A DNA stretch of 53,667 nt from Elusimicrobiota bacterium (GTDB lineage Bacteria > Elusimicrobiota > Elusimicrobia > UBA1565), in the NCBI GenBank assembly GCA_043827405.1, contig JBDRPD010000099.1, positions 1-53,667 of the forward strand. The letters are read 5' to 3'. The first letter of the stretch is position 1. Each line of letters opens with the position of its first letter. The notes beneath the pieces are model-generated. The model ran no database searches, had not been told where the DNA came from, and saw nothing but the letters and a program-made list of their open reading frames with translations. The position numbers and the translations under genes were made by a program. Shown piece after piece: positions 37,701 through 44,347 of this stretch.

Positions 37701-37823
37701 GGGCGCCGCGGCGGCGCCGAAAGCGCGGACCGCGGCGAAAGCCGGTGCTTGAGCGGAAAGGGCGAAGGAAAGAGCTAGGGCGAGGGGCTGGCGCAAGCTA
37801 TTTTTCTGCAGGCGTTTTAGCAT
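25740..37823 (-). CDS. Giant 4027 aa exported protein: coiled coil, beta-barrel-like domain, multiple TolC/OEP-like repeats, unknown C-terminal region
   Basis: Signal peptide ending APAFA; beta-strand-rich block at ~32270-33300; TolC-like motifs between ~28800 and 32150. The CDS is secure; the domain calls are by eye. Confidence 0.85.
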   Translation of the reverse strand: MLKRLQKNSLRQPLALALSFALSAQAPAFAAVRAFGAAAAPAYPGAAATAAVPGTAGKLARGVSRLQAAPGVFDGGLPAAAVNVSQPSFQAPRISAGRAVGPNTVAAELMPYLEASRTAAEQGGVMESELWKQAAGVRTSWMRLAKDPAAAAERETLTRTGRELHQVLRGYSYAALAAGLAAGSPQPSWLRFQASKLRTLGVPQGSDRELAGWISRHLQFAQGSRDAEAAARAELPQLREHLGLTAEPTAETLESQARAVRTRAEQVLQPRADRAQTSGAQSPFKASAAAVLPQAAPAGGAGLFQRELAATHSRENELSRELAIHRGEQALAGLRGSDDSSRERLEQQLSSDLAALQRNRDRLYLLRKLSQRADLLNKGDEKELGALKDLLDMYDGIAGGPANSSLGYTETNEIERARLERLQRGLQDLLTGRDGGSAGPERKPPLAGTPRERALAEHTERIERLKAKAQAELAEREAAGQLLAMADRMRDASLRRRRDERDMTEFRKNFSRLAMVMDLSYSLNVIQAAQNAIEGMKALVDGKLKDIDAQRERSRRALEDAKKNSARGDEWEQDVRKKIADNKENEGLFTKLGEQAGKFVEALRAYRTDVPGLLELINARDRGQSGDALTEYARRLALLPKLQEYREHGYPEDDGSVSKLSLTRLRTEVDRVEEYLQKVLDGEKQFDTVPTEFAGVLVIAVPGIPAVSVSNPDEATALRILDERRTFWREERAEYQKQLDSIVAGLGGGSRRVLDDFGDSVPESYTVYRREEQDKAAAAQKDAQRFAADIDARARVIAQSGGGSLPPLGGRGSAELRTLLPDYPDRLMTLNFPDTDEGTLAKIEMLAIARLLPFMGDAVVRWVQAEKTAEIIDEAVKGILPEARSRFEDVTAAVDAVIRDIEEDVAYVKAGFPAAQAQSLIDRKRRLVSGEMKPMLERMKSFLQDRLIPFQQEQIDSVAPNAAGDSMATLYEEKANVYRKVLESYEETIPWSLASQGAAKGDAAGARAKIEEQRTKYNEYRQLIVDFKDDIRRRRDPSGADVEEVYGEMMPFSLVKRIKEYRAETARRAEQINRLGAEINTILTDIDGKTGGSHKLVERFRIPTDVATDQASADRLTAIVDANRIPNLADALKRIADAALAAGSEGGMDIGGGEGIPTGEQPDVTLSDQQQLAVTALEAIKRLVPSSAASNTDSLTEVVARYLFTDGVADASQESLEEQIPIFEKFLDKGEAAIDRIFADLDADAAYVASRGETPAALFARKITAFTIVRDTAGEGATLFNQKIGWDTGSFDTVESIRGYYSSLEDIYGKSADALDAEVQAANKYKEELQKTLDPLLDQKKTVLGWLKQLNDPHESALRRVADNLSAIQDKTRGVLESNINYQKNKKSFDSAATRLQETLQALEREQSALGESIEGIDLADLSPVLADRIEQIGLGGPAWLANSSRGPQSLIIKKSEFSNFLGMLFGSFEGESSARDMYRLREELLKNPMALAQLLPNSRMLELGDDPDGFYLVYSSRFSTPGGLETESSVTLGNALRLGDNNVSVVGHRFASPPSDGNAPFGDQGVTVRVESLQGKNWVNYLDITFHKFIQDIPEELNAGSQVAESRMMVFEDFAVMLAGDKLYFGATGFGDFALNDPLNKPHYYGGNFKTSIKFSEIMKLTAEESILFAKDPRRFLQKVNLDFTGYDPTFDRDYVIDARGDQKRFRREKVGTQLDLQKALKTAESFEVDFFGTNVSGTDDISQQTIGASILKGFAFKVGGIPVRTEVGGSAELGTKYNSGSLRTSFELPNQGLVLSGQGKFLGDAKSYLVEMRKKLGPNTEAFASWGSRYVGINNRLTLGVNTVFTLGELWRSVAGQTAEDLLGGRTLEEFNEDLSKFFQAEEYDTPLIKELQRVFEGDVGRRVLSLEIGRLTRDIAELRRAGAVLDNTRTRAMVGFVTNPVGTDTADRVAGGGFQVGTSTELTLTKTQKALVAKKISSLYAGGLRLQVRLLELTKNWQEAVAEILQSRWERELALFMTANAQDEVTAKKGRALMIEAEARYRQAQLQYNLLTGRSPDAMPPFNDVNPQDMDALLGILGKLLDRPLRLSLLLKKLDRSELPQPEQSFNLMDWIPWIEQMTLSFGAQLHDLLGNQVLGAGISIRLPIYDPNSKLHEKAMTLESEAIISDMKDVYGGFQLRAAKELQEAASYKSQVEMLREAAPEAARALGKEIQKYRNGLSGQDALWTAFERWHWNITRLFDARAREALSRAWAALDYRQGGEIDLRRGHPGSAPAAPVTDLDGAMRSALANSHSLESLAKRSEAVAELLRAAGQRMEKVSVDVSVGANVTADGVSLLPALGLTGLGIFPIVGMRMKPEELKELQSGRRGGESAMLEHLKQNLDADLAFQFFAAYTSYRGVQNTLAMLRNEVLPARERAAANGSAADQHALTRIRSQINTLIGQENQLLVTVNYLLGRPAGAQLDMQKDPAEVLAEMLERFGAASPLAARLGVLRERVAVARSVETIVDKNLRVQDIRVEPISLIGRALGRLVAALSGSGDASPELVALARHQTLEAERDLRAFERELPALRARLNFELEQSARRLDELEYRSDVNSRIEANNLRTRVFGLRAQMAMFGFDAAGAAPAAGLPATFAELQNRLIAAFQAETPSSGIGGASGMIGAPASGQRVTADGFIRFFDSRMSIGKNPIGKQFIEGWVEVRLKSRTTPPEALLALAGLQKEKADHIHRAAIAQASGRARVLLARLRLNAGLLSWARGEGRGAVNRLWLEELERGVSRDLSEVAAHLGLRRDIQVDAILPLIPRDEAVSPAETARVFLREIEETNIEALRASLFTSGLPEELSGAGDLLVQLKSNLIAEKMSFKGFTPVGAIGMFRGRWVSGAFLEAPDPSKIESSLRGILEDALRQELQSQDRLKGLALKLHALMASVIDKTRLLEAQQARLRAAQDNLSGMLALFERGQSTSEELASAQRGVIAAWEDFIDTLSGLRIDFIHLVTELKALGQPSRSAAGPFRPRRSRAADEAPGSRTLDDVARYISQRLADGDFASALDGMFDGKGVVSAHDRAAIAEQAAVYRTVLEAAQATRYHSEIDAAKKLDLLTRLDVEGKRLKLEGMVYRALDQARRSGSAPWGQLNGFLLEDVRGRTTLSAEQIAQQQQLLAGMRQARWGSVELTPAVEEIFAGLETLRGRMDDLRQGLLESYLDAQARPEDFVLKDKALDSYLRSVIEFDQAVVRAYTLQAVRQDPSAAGVLNELFPLRRSIERRSTLLKQGRAMLAVDALIAVEQAHLRALQYQQAGRSAELPVAQRLAYLENLKKRWLENPRKIRSLYAVVKADESVENWLTRDDVKGFERAQRIVRVDGRRWLLPAEHAGKQPQTVKELEQLGASELRAGQDALDEELSEAREKLQRARAGQEVESVLKQAEFVMVGADGRPGKKLDLEELRRLEAEGRVLYFSREADPATGLRRAIHPIAAQKKAPSELIVVAAPEGGAAFGLYASLEALERSPEAANFSRIRTGAKGIKSLIREADDKAQRARQLGWINLKLEAYAFAIDEDGGIAAVYMSKAEYQAMRKELAAAAAKLKKGQVKEEQDEETAADPRLKWSFHLTTDLEWGLASDGTLAEIRDRKSDFSRGLGAAAARWVSGEVHAIELDSKGALVRIFQDLQELKKLSEKWWIEDMSGRVWKQEDYKMSPTYRLKRYIDPETKLPVLLGRKILQQRLDEAADELGAVGRWAYMPWNWANIVFETPRGIIKTPIELITGRDPNQHGYIGRVYMRRTDGGATVRRGAMGQIVHFLDIFELLPDKVDRYMDPSQFPDAVENDSATRVGEWQHEKGPQTERRKIHFGTGSLLRYVRYAGEDIEDARGRILGAFNGGVKQTFVETVRGRAGTYPNAKVDHLTGSQAVDRVLNEMGGLVGAGGTGTWEADPGHIEVDSVRAETQVRLGSRQYSDRADHLRRELAKPAAGGTSLQQLADEVARLEGQTVAEKARRETVKALTAVGPPLRQIMSRTAFPYLTLPVAH

Positions 37824-37829
37824 CCTTTC

Positions 37830-37939
37830 TAGACCCTAGGTCCTAGAGCTGCGGGCCATTAGATCTATTGAAAGTATACCTACAGGGCCCGTAATTAGTA
37901 GAGTCAGAAGGCCTATTTTTAATTAGGCCCAAGGACCTA
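37830..37939 (-). promoter_or_regulatory. Four 16-bp palindromic sites flanking a candidate -10 (TATACT)
   Basis: TAGACCCTAGGTCCTA (37830), CGGGCCATTAGATCTA (37852), AGAGTCAGAAGGCCTA (37900), TAGGCCCAAGGACCTA (37924); -10 on minus at 37873-37878. Confidence 0.7.
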
Positions 37940-38063
37940 TACGAAAATGGGCCGGTCAGACTTAAGATTTTAAGATAGCCGCACCTTCCCAGTATACGGC
38001 CCCTCAACGACTAAGAGTCTTAAGTCTGTCACTTCGGGGGACAAAGACCAGCCGTTCGGCGGT

Positions 38064-39647
38064 CTAGGCGGCAGGCCGGAGCGCCTCAAGGCGGGCCGCA
38101 AAAACGTCTAGCGACTTCATTCGTGCGGCCGGATCCGCTTCCATAGCCTCGGCCAGAAGCGGCCCCATGCCGGGAGGAAGATTCTCCGATTTCAGGTCAT
38201 CATCCGGCGGGGCGCCGGTGAAGAGGAAATGAGTACAGGCGCTCGCCGAGTATACGTCATGTACGGCGCCGGCCTTGCGCACATCGGCTTCAGGCGGAAG
38301 ATACTCATTGGCTTTAAACTCGTTGAGGATACGCGATATGCCGAAGTCCAGCAGCTTCACATGGCCGGAAGAGGAGATATGAATATTATCCGGCGACAGC
38401 GTACCGTGGTACAAGCCGGCCTGGTGAGCAGCGCCGAGAGCCGCGCATACCGCGTCCATAATCGCAAAGGCCTGTGCGGGAGGAATTAAGCCGAGCTCCT
38501 TAACCAGCTCCTGCGCCGTCCGGCCCCGGAGCGATTCCCGCACAAGAAACAGGCCCTGCGGCAGATCAAGGACCTCGTAGATATCCACGATATTCGGATG
38601 GCTCAGCGCCGCGATCCGCTGCGCGGTCTCCACATAGGCCTGGCTGACTTTGACGGGCGCCGCCATCGATTCCTTCAGCACTTTCTGAATAATGACCGCG
38701 CGTTCAAGCGAGTGATCCGTCGCATGCCACAACTGACTGCCGCTGCCGTATTCGATAATATCGCCGCACTCATACTTGCCGGCGATGTATTCCTCACCGC
38801 CGATATCCACGCCCATGGCGCCTTTCTTCGCACCGGCCTCCGGCTGCGGCGCCGGGCGCGCCGCGGCAGCCCTGCGGCGCCACAGGAAAGACGTCAGCAG
38901 GAACCCTCCGATTCCCACCACCAAGCCGCCGAGCACGAACGGCAGCGGAGAGCCGCCCGCCTCCTCCCCGGACCGCGCGCTGGGCAAAGACCAGGCCACC
39001 GAACCGCTGGCGTCGAACAGGCTCCTGCCCGTCAGCAGCAGAGCCGCAGAGTCCGCGGCCTGTTTTAGCCGCCCCATGCGCAGCTGCGCTCCGGCGATTA
39101 CCTTGTACGCCCGCCGGTCGCCGGAATCCCTCCTAAGCGCCTCATGGGCGGCCTCCACGGCGGTGCGGTAGTTTCCGAGCTCCAAGAGGATTTGCGCCTT
39201 GGTAAGAAAGCCTCCCGCGATATCCGGATTAATCGCCAGCGCCTTCTCCGCCGAGTAAAGAGCATCATTGAGCCGGCCGCGCGCCAGCAGCTGCCGCGAA
39301 TCCTTGATCAGCTCGGCGGCCAAATCGCGAAAGCGGCGCGGCTGGCTTTCGCCTTTGGCCCGATCGCCGAGATAAATGACGGCCGTTTTGATCGCCCGCC
39401 GCTCCGCCTGGAGCAGCTCGGCCCGCAGCCGGCCGATCTCGACTTGCCGCTCGGCACGCGCTTCACCCTTTGTCGCCGCCAGCTCATCCTCGGCGTCCGC
39501 CAGCCGCATCTCGATATCGATATAGCGCTCGACCGAGCGGTCGAATTGCTGATACGTGGGATCGACGGCGGCTGCCGCCGCCGTCGCGAGCAGCAGCATG
39601 ATCAGCGGCAGGCACGCCGAACCCGGACGCCGCGGGAAATGCTTCAT
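38064..39647 (-). CDS. TPR-TM-Hanks-type pseudokinase
   Basis: Start overlaps the upstream stop (ATGA); signal peptide, TPRs, TM helix; EYGSGS, VIIQK and HGTLSPDN replace the canonical motifs; DFG is kept. Confidence 0.85.
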   Translation of the reverse strand: MKHFPRRPGSACLPLIMLLLATAAAAAVDPTYQQFDRSVERYIDIEMRLADAEDELAATKGEARAERQVEIGRLRAELLQAERRAIKTAVIYLGDRAKGESQPRRFRDLAAELIKDSRQLLARGRLNDALYSAEKALAINPDIAGGFLTKAQILLELGNYRTAVEAAHEALRRDSGDRRAYKVIAGAQLRMGRLKQAADSAALLLTGRSLFDASGSVAWSLPSARSGEEAGGSPLPFVLGGLVVGIGGFLLTSFLWRRRAAAARPAPQPEAGAKKGAMGVDIGGEEYIAGKYECGDIIEYGSGSQLWHATDHSLERAVIIQKVLKESMAAPVKVSQAYVETAQRIAALSHPNIVDIYEVLDLPQGLFLVRESLRGRTAQELVKELGLIPPAQAFAIMDAVCAALGAAHQAGLYHGTLSPDNIHISSSGHVKLLDFGISRILNEFKANEYLPPEADVRKAGAVHDVYSASACTHFLFTGAPPDDDLKSENLPPGMGPLLAEAMEADPAARMKSLDVFAARLEALRPAA

Positions 39648-41410
39648 GCGCTCTTGCTGCCCAAAGTCTCCAGCCGCTGCGCGAACTCCCGGGCCGACTG
39701 CACGCGGGTTTTCTGGTTGGGATCGAGGGTCTCGAATATCAGAGCGTCCACCGTCTCGGGCAGGTCGGGGAGATACTGGCGCACCCGCGGGTATCTCCGC
39801 TGCAGCTTGTCCTGCTCGTCCCCGGAATCGAAGGGCAGGCGCCCGGTGAGCATCTCGTAGCAGCAAACACCCAGCGTATAGATGTCGGTCAGCGTCGAGA
39901 CCACGCCCTTCTGGGCCTCGGGCGGCATATACTGTGGGGTGCCGACGATGGTCCGCGTCTTCGCCATCAAGATGCCTTCAGGACCCGGGGCGTTCAGCTG
40001 TGCGGCGTCCGCGGTCTGAATGCGCTCGTCGATGCGGCGGGCGATGCCGAAATCCATAACTTTAACGAAACCCTGCTCGGTGACCATGATATTGGCCGGC
40101 TTGAGATCGCGATGGACGAAGCCCCGTCCGTGCGCGAAATCCAGCGCGTCGCATACCGGGCGCAGGATTTTCCATACGCGCCGCAGGGAGATACGCTTCT
40201 CTTCCGCCAGGATATGCTGCACGGTCTTGCCCATGGCGAGCTCGAACACCAGATAAATACCCGACGGCAAATCCAGAATCTCATAGATGCCTATAATATG
40301 GGGATGATCCAGCGAGGCGACCGTTCGCGCCTCTTTCAAATAGTACGTTCTCGCGGTGGAACCCAGCTCGCCGAGCTCCTGCGTCATCTTCTTGATCGCG
40401 ACCTTGCGGTTAAGCGTGACGTCAACCGCCTCCCAAACGTGGCCCATCCCGCCCTTGCCGATCACCCGCGACAGATCATACTTCCCGCCGAGCCGCTTCT
40501 CGTCTTCCGCTGCGGCGACCGGCACCGGCGGCGCGGCGGCGGGCTCCTCGCGCGCTACGCCGAACTGCAGATAGCCTACCACCGCGGCGCACAGCAGCAG
40601 GAACAGCACCACAGTCAGCAGCGCGCCTTTGGGAAATCCTCGACGGCTCGGCGGCGGCGGGCGGCGTTCGTTCTGCGGGTAGAATAAACGTTTACCGGCC
40701 TGCAGCCGCTTCAGGTAGCTGTCGAACTGCTCCTCATCGATGCGGCTCGCGGTCTCGATGGCGGCGCTCTTCTCACGAGCATGCATCGCCCGGTCCTCCC
40801 GGGCCTGCACCCGCAGCTCCAGCCCCTCGTGCGCGAAGGCCGTGACGGCGTACAGCATGGCCAGCGCCCGGCGCTCCTTAGGCGTAATCTGGTCGCTCGT
40901 TTTTTCCCGCATCCCCTGCACCGCGCTTTGGATGGCGCCGGGGTAGTCCTCCTGCTCGAGCAAAGCGAAGGCGAGGTTCTGATACGCCTCCAGGCTCTTG
41001 CGGTTGAGAGCGACCGCCTTGCGCGCCGACGCCTCGGCGCCGGTGAAGTCGCGCAGCAGAATCTGCGCGTTCGCCTTCCTGTTGTAGAGGCCGTACTGAT
41101 CAGGGAGAATCTCGAGCGCGCGATTATAGTTGATCAACGCCTGATGCGTCGCCGCCGCGACGAGATGCTGCTCGGCGATCTTGAAGTATTCCTCCGCGTG
41201 CCGGACATCCTCCAGCGATACCTGCTTGGCGGCGAAGGGATCTCCGACGGGAGGGATAGCGTTTTGCTCACGCTGCTCGCCGACGGTCCGCTGCAGGGAT
41301 GGAGATTCAAAGGTCTGGCTTCGCGCCGGCAGCGCGGAACAAAGAAAAAGCGCCGTCGATATCGCGGCGCACGCCTGTCGCAGGCGGAGGGGGGGGGAGG
41401 TGTCGAGCAT
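39644..41410 (-). CDS. TPR-TM-Ser/Thr protein kinase
   Basis: Signal peptide, TPRs, TM helix, GKGGMG, VAIKK, HRDLKPAN, DFG, GTPQYMPPE. Confidence 0.95.
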   Translation of the reverse strand: MLDTSPPLRLRQACAAISTALFLCSALPARSQTFESPSLQRTVGEQREQNAIPPVGDPFAAKQVSLEDVRHAEEYFKIAEQHLVAAATHQALINYNRALEILPDQYGLYNRKANAQILLRDFTGAEASARKAVALNRKSLEAYQNLAFALLEQEDYPGAIQSAVQGMREKTSDQITPKERRALAMLYAVTAFAHEGLELRVQAREDRAMHAREKSAAIETASRIDEEQFDSYLKRLQAGKRLFYPQNERRPPPPSRRGFPKGALLTVVLFLLLCAAVVGYLQFGVAREEPAAAPPVPVAAAEDEKRLGGKYDLSRVIGKGGMGHVWEAVDVTLNRKVAIKKMTQELGELGSTARTYYLKEARTVASLDHPHIIGIYEILDLPSGIYLVFELAMGKTVQHILAEEKRISLRRVWKILRPVCDALDFAHGRGFVHRDLKPANIMVTEQGFVKVMDFGIARRIDERIQTADAAQLNAPGPEGILMAKTRTIVGTPQYMPPEAQKGVVSTLTDIYTLGVCCYEMLTGRLPFDSGDEQDKLQRRYPRVRQYLPDLPETVDALIFETLDPNQKTRVQSAREFAQRLETLGSKSA

Positions 41411-41418
41411 GGAGTTAA

Positions 41419-43950
41419 TCAGATATGGTTGACTGGTTCCGGAACAGCCTCCATGCGCCTAAGGAACTCCGTTACGGCTCCCGGCCGGGCCTGCGGATCC
41501 GGCGCGACACAGGACTGGATCAGGGCATCGAACTCGCCGGGGATACCGGGCATCCGTCGCGACGCCGGCATGAATATCCGGTCCGTTCCCGTATTCGCCC
41601 TAAAAGGCAGCGCCCCCGTCACCATCTCGTAGAAGATAATTCCCAGCGCATAGATGTCGACATGCGGAGAATATACTCCTTTGTACGCCTCCGGAGCCAT
41701 ATACATCGGCGTCCCGGCGACCGTCTGTGTATGATGGGTCGACGGCTGCGACAGGGGCAGAGTCCGCGGCCCGCCGAGCGTCGGGTAGCCGTTCCCCGCC
41801 GGCGGCGCGGCGGCGTCTTCGCCAGCCTGGCGTGCAATGCCGAAATCCATGACCTTCACGTAGCCCTGCTCGGTCACCATGATATTGGACGGCTTCAGAT
41901 CGCGATGGATGATGCCATGCTTATGCGCCAGCTCAAGCGCGGCGCAGACCGAACGCAGGACCTTCTTGGCCTCGCGAATCGGGATGCGCTTTTTCTCGAG
42001 CACCAGCTGTTCGAGCGTCTTGCCCTTGAGGAGCTCGAAAACCAAGTGCAGGCCCGATCCCTGGTCGATGATCTCGAAAATATCGACGATATTGGGATGG
42101 TGCACCTGGGCCAAAGTACGCGCCTCCTTTAAGTACATCTGCCGCCCCTCCTCGGTAGCCATCGGACCCTGGAGAGCCATCTTCTTAATTGCCACCAAGC
42201 GGTCGAGGGAATGGTCGCGCGCTTCCCATATCTGCCCCATGCCGCCCTTGCCGATAATACGCGTCAGCTGATACTTGCCTCCGATGAGCCCGCTGGCATC
42301 CGGCCGCACGCCGGTTTTCAGCTTGCCGGCGAGCTCCGCGCGCGCGTTCTGCTTGCCGCGGGAGAGCTTGCGCCGCAGCAGCAAGACGGCGATGACGAAG
42401 GCCGCCGCCCCCAGCACGAGCAGCATCCTGTCGCGCAGCGGCGCGGCCGGCGCGCCGGCGCCCTGGGCGAACGGATCCAGCAGCTTGTACGAATCCTTAA
42501 CATTGGGGTCGAAAAGCTTGCCGCCGTTAAGCACCCGGTCCAGATGCGCCTGATACGCCGCGTCGAGCTCGGCCGCCTGGCGCACGTCGGCGAGAACGCC
42601 GTCGGCATTGCCCATTCTCTCGTGCACTATGGCGCGCGCGATATAGGCCTTGGCGTCCCGGGGATCGAGCCGCACCGCCTGGTTGAGGCTGGACAGCGCG
42701 TCGCGCAGCTTGTCCTGGTTGAGCTGGGCCCAGCCCAAATTCTTGAAGGCGCGGGCATTGGTCGGATCGAGCTGGGTCGCTCGATAAGCGGCGAGCTCGG
42801 CCTCGGCGTGCCGCCCCAGATGTCCCAGGGCCTCCGCCTTGGCGACATAAGCGTTGGCGTTATTCGGATCGGCGGCGATGGCCTTGTCGGCCGCCGCGAT
42901 CGCCGCCTTGTAATCGCTCATCCGGATTTTGCTCTCGGCCTGGGCGGTCAAAGCGTCGGACTCGGCCGTCTTCTTGGCCTCGGCGTCGGTATAGGACTGG
43001 ACACCGGGCACAAGGGACGGTTTCGTCGGCGGATGCGCCGCCTGCTGCGCCGCCTTTAGCGCGGCCTCGGGGAGCATGCGGGAGCTGGCGAGCTGGCCCT
43101 CCGCCGCATCATCGGCGCCGCCGGAAACGGGAGCCGCGTTCTCAATCTCCGCGTTGCCCAGGTTGAAGCCGGCCTCCTCGACGCGTTTTTTGTCCTCATC
43201 GCTCAAGCCGTAGCCGTCGTTGCCCGTCTCCACGACCACGACTCCGGGCAGTTCCTCGCCCAATACGGCGCCGCCGGACTCTCCCTCTTCGACCGCGGCC
43301 CCGGGGTCGCCCGGATTAGCTGCGGAAGCGAGATTCGTCGAATCCTGGCCATCGCGGTCGCTGCTGCCGCCGCTCGGAGCCGGCGCGGTTGCGGGCGGCG
43401 TGTTGGCGCCGCCCCGCTGGTCGAAAACATCGCCGCCGCCCGGCTTCTTGCCCTTCCCCGGTTTCCCTTGCCGGGCGCCGCTGACCGCCTCCTTGATGTC
43501 CTCGGTGTATTCCTTGACTCGCTTCTTGACCTTGTTGCCCCACTTGGACAACAGCTTCATCCAATCCCCGCGCTCAGCTTCGCCCCGCTTTGCCTCCTGG
43601 ACGAGTTTCTCCTTTTCCCGCTGGAACTGCTGCCGCCCTTTCTGCAAGTCCTGGCGGAAATCCTGATTCGTGTCCCGGATTTCTTTGCCAAGCTTGCGGG
43701 CCGCTGGGGCGTTTTGATTGCGGAGCTGCACCTGCACCTGCTGTGCCTTCTGCTGCACCTGCTGCGCCTTCTGGACCGGCTGCTGAAAAGGATTGCTCTT
43801 GCTGCCGCCGGAATTGGCGCCGCTGTTGCCGCTGCTTGAACCGCGCTTTTTCCAGCTGTTCATTCCGGCATTGGAAAATTCCGGGGCGAGGGCCGCCCCC
43901 GCGAGCGAAAGAGATAAAATAAATATCAACAAGCGGGGAATTATTTTCAT
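41419..43950 (-). CDS. TPR-TM-Ser/Thr protein kinase with long low-complexity N-terminal region
   Basis: RBS GGAG before ATG 43950; signal peptide; TPRs; TM helix; GKGGMG, VAIKK, HRDLKPSN, DFG, GTPMYMAPE. Confidence 0.95.
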   Translation of the reverse strand: MKIIPRLLIFILSLSLAGAALAPEFSNAGMNSWKKRGSSSGNSGANSGGSKSNPFQQPVQKAQQVQQKAQQVQVQLRNQNAPAARKLGKEIRDTNQDFRQDLQKGRQQFQREKEKLVQEAKRGEAERGDWMKLLSKWGNKVKKRVKEYTEDIKEAVSGARQGKPGKGKKPGGGDVFDQRGGANTPPATAPAPSGGSSDRDGQDSTNLASAANPGDPGAAVEEGESGGAVLGEELPGVVVVETGNDGYGLSDEDKKRVEEAGFNLGNAEIENAAPVSGGADDAAEGQLASSRMLPEAALKAAQQAAHPPTKPSLVPGVQSYTDAEAKKTAESDALTAQAESKIRMSDYKAAIAAADKAIAADPNNANAYVAKAEALGHLGRHAEAELAAYRATQLDPTNARAFKNLGWAQLNQDKLRDALSSLNQAVRLDPRDAKAYIARAIVHERMGNADGVLADVRQAAELDAAYQAHLDRVLNGGKLFDPNVKDSYKLLDPFAQGAGAPAAPLRDRMLLVLGAAAFVIAVLLLRRKLSRGKQNARAELAGKLKTGVRPDASGLIGGKYQLTRIIGKGGMGQIWEARDHSLDRLVAIKKMALQGPMATEEGRQMYLKEARTLAQVHHPNIVDIFEIIDQGSGLHLVFELLKGKTLEQLVLEKKRIPIREAKKVLRSVCAALELAHKHGIIHRDLKPSNIMVTEQGYVKVMDFGIARQAGEDAAAPPAGNGYPTLGGPRTLPLSQPSTHHTQTVAGTPMYMAPEAYKGVYSPHVDIYALGIIFYEMVTGALPFRANTGTDRIFMPASRRMPGIPGEFDALIQSCVAPDPQARPGAVTEFLRRMEAVPEPVNHI

Positions 43951-44056
43951 GGCGTTTACTCCCATTTAAGTATGTAGCCGATAGCTTGCATTGTCAATGG
44001 GAAATTAGCCGATATCATATTGCAAAAAGACCGTAATATTAAGGTAAAATAAGAAC

Positions 44057-44347
44057 ATGTCGGTATTGGGCCAAGAACAGACGATAGAGAAAAATGAGAC
44101 CTCGGACGGCACGGGAACCGGAACCGGCTGGCGGGTAGTATTATTCAACTGCGACTGCCATTCCTTCGACGAGGTTGAACGCCAACTGCTCAAAGCGGTG
44201 CGCTGCTCCTTGGCGCAGGCGAGAAACTGGTCCAATGAAGTACATAACAAGGGTTCCGCCGTTGTCTACAAGGGACCGCGCGAACGCTGCGAGGCGGTTG
44301 CGGGCGTACTCGAAGACATTCGTCTTAAGGTAAAGGTAGCGCAATGA
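44057..44347 (+). CDS. clpS: ClpS-family adaptor protein
   Basis: WRVVLFNCDCHSFDEV...EVHNKGSAVV...E pattern of ClpS. Confidence 0.8.
   Translation: MSVLGQEQTIEKNETSDGTGTGTGWRVVLFNCDCHSFDEVERQLLKAVRCSLAQARNWSNEVHNKGSAVVYKGPRERCEAVAGVLEDIRLKVKVAQ

Noticed and set aside
39648..39866. N-terminal extension of the pseudokinase ORF (also the 49065 start for the Omp85 gene)
   Set aside because: These overlap upstream genes; the downstream ATGs give ATGA coupling and proper signal peptides.
43975..44014. TAGCCGATA direct repeat in the divergent kinase/clpS intergenic region
   Set aside because: Two 9-mers only, unrelated to the 16-bp palindrome; too weak to call a site.
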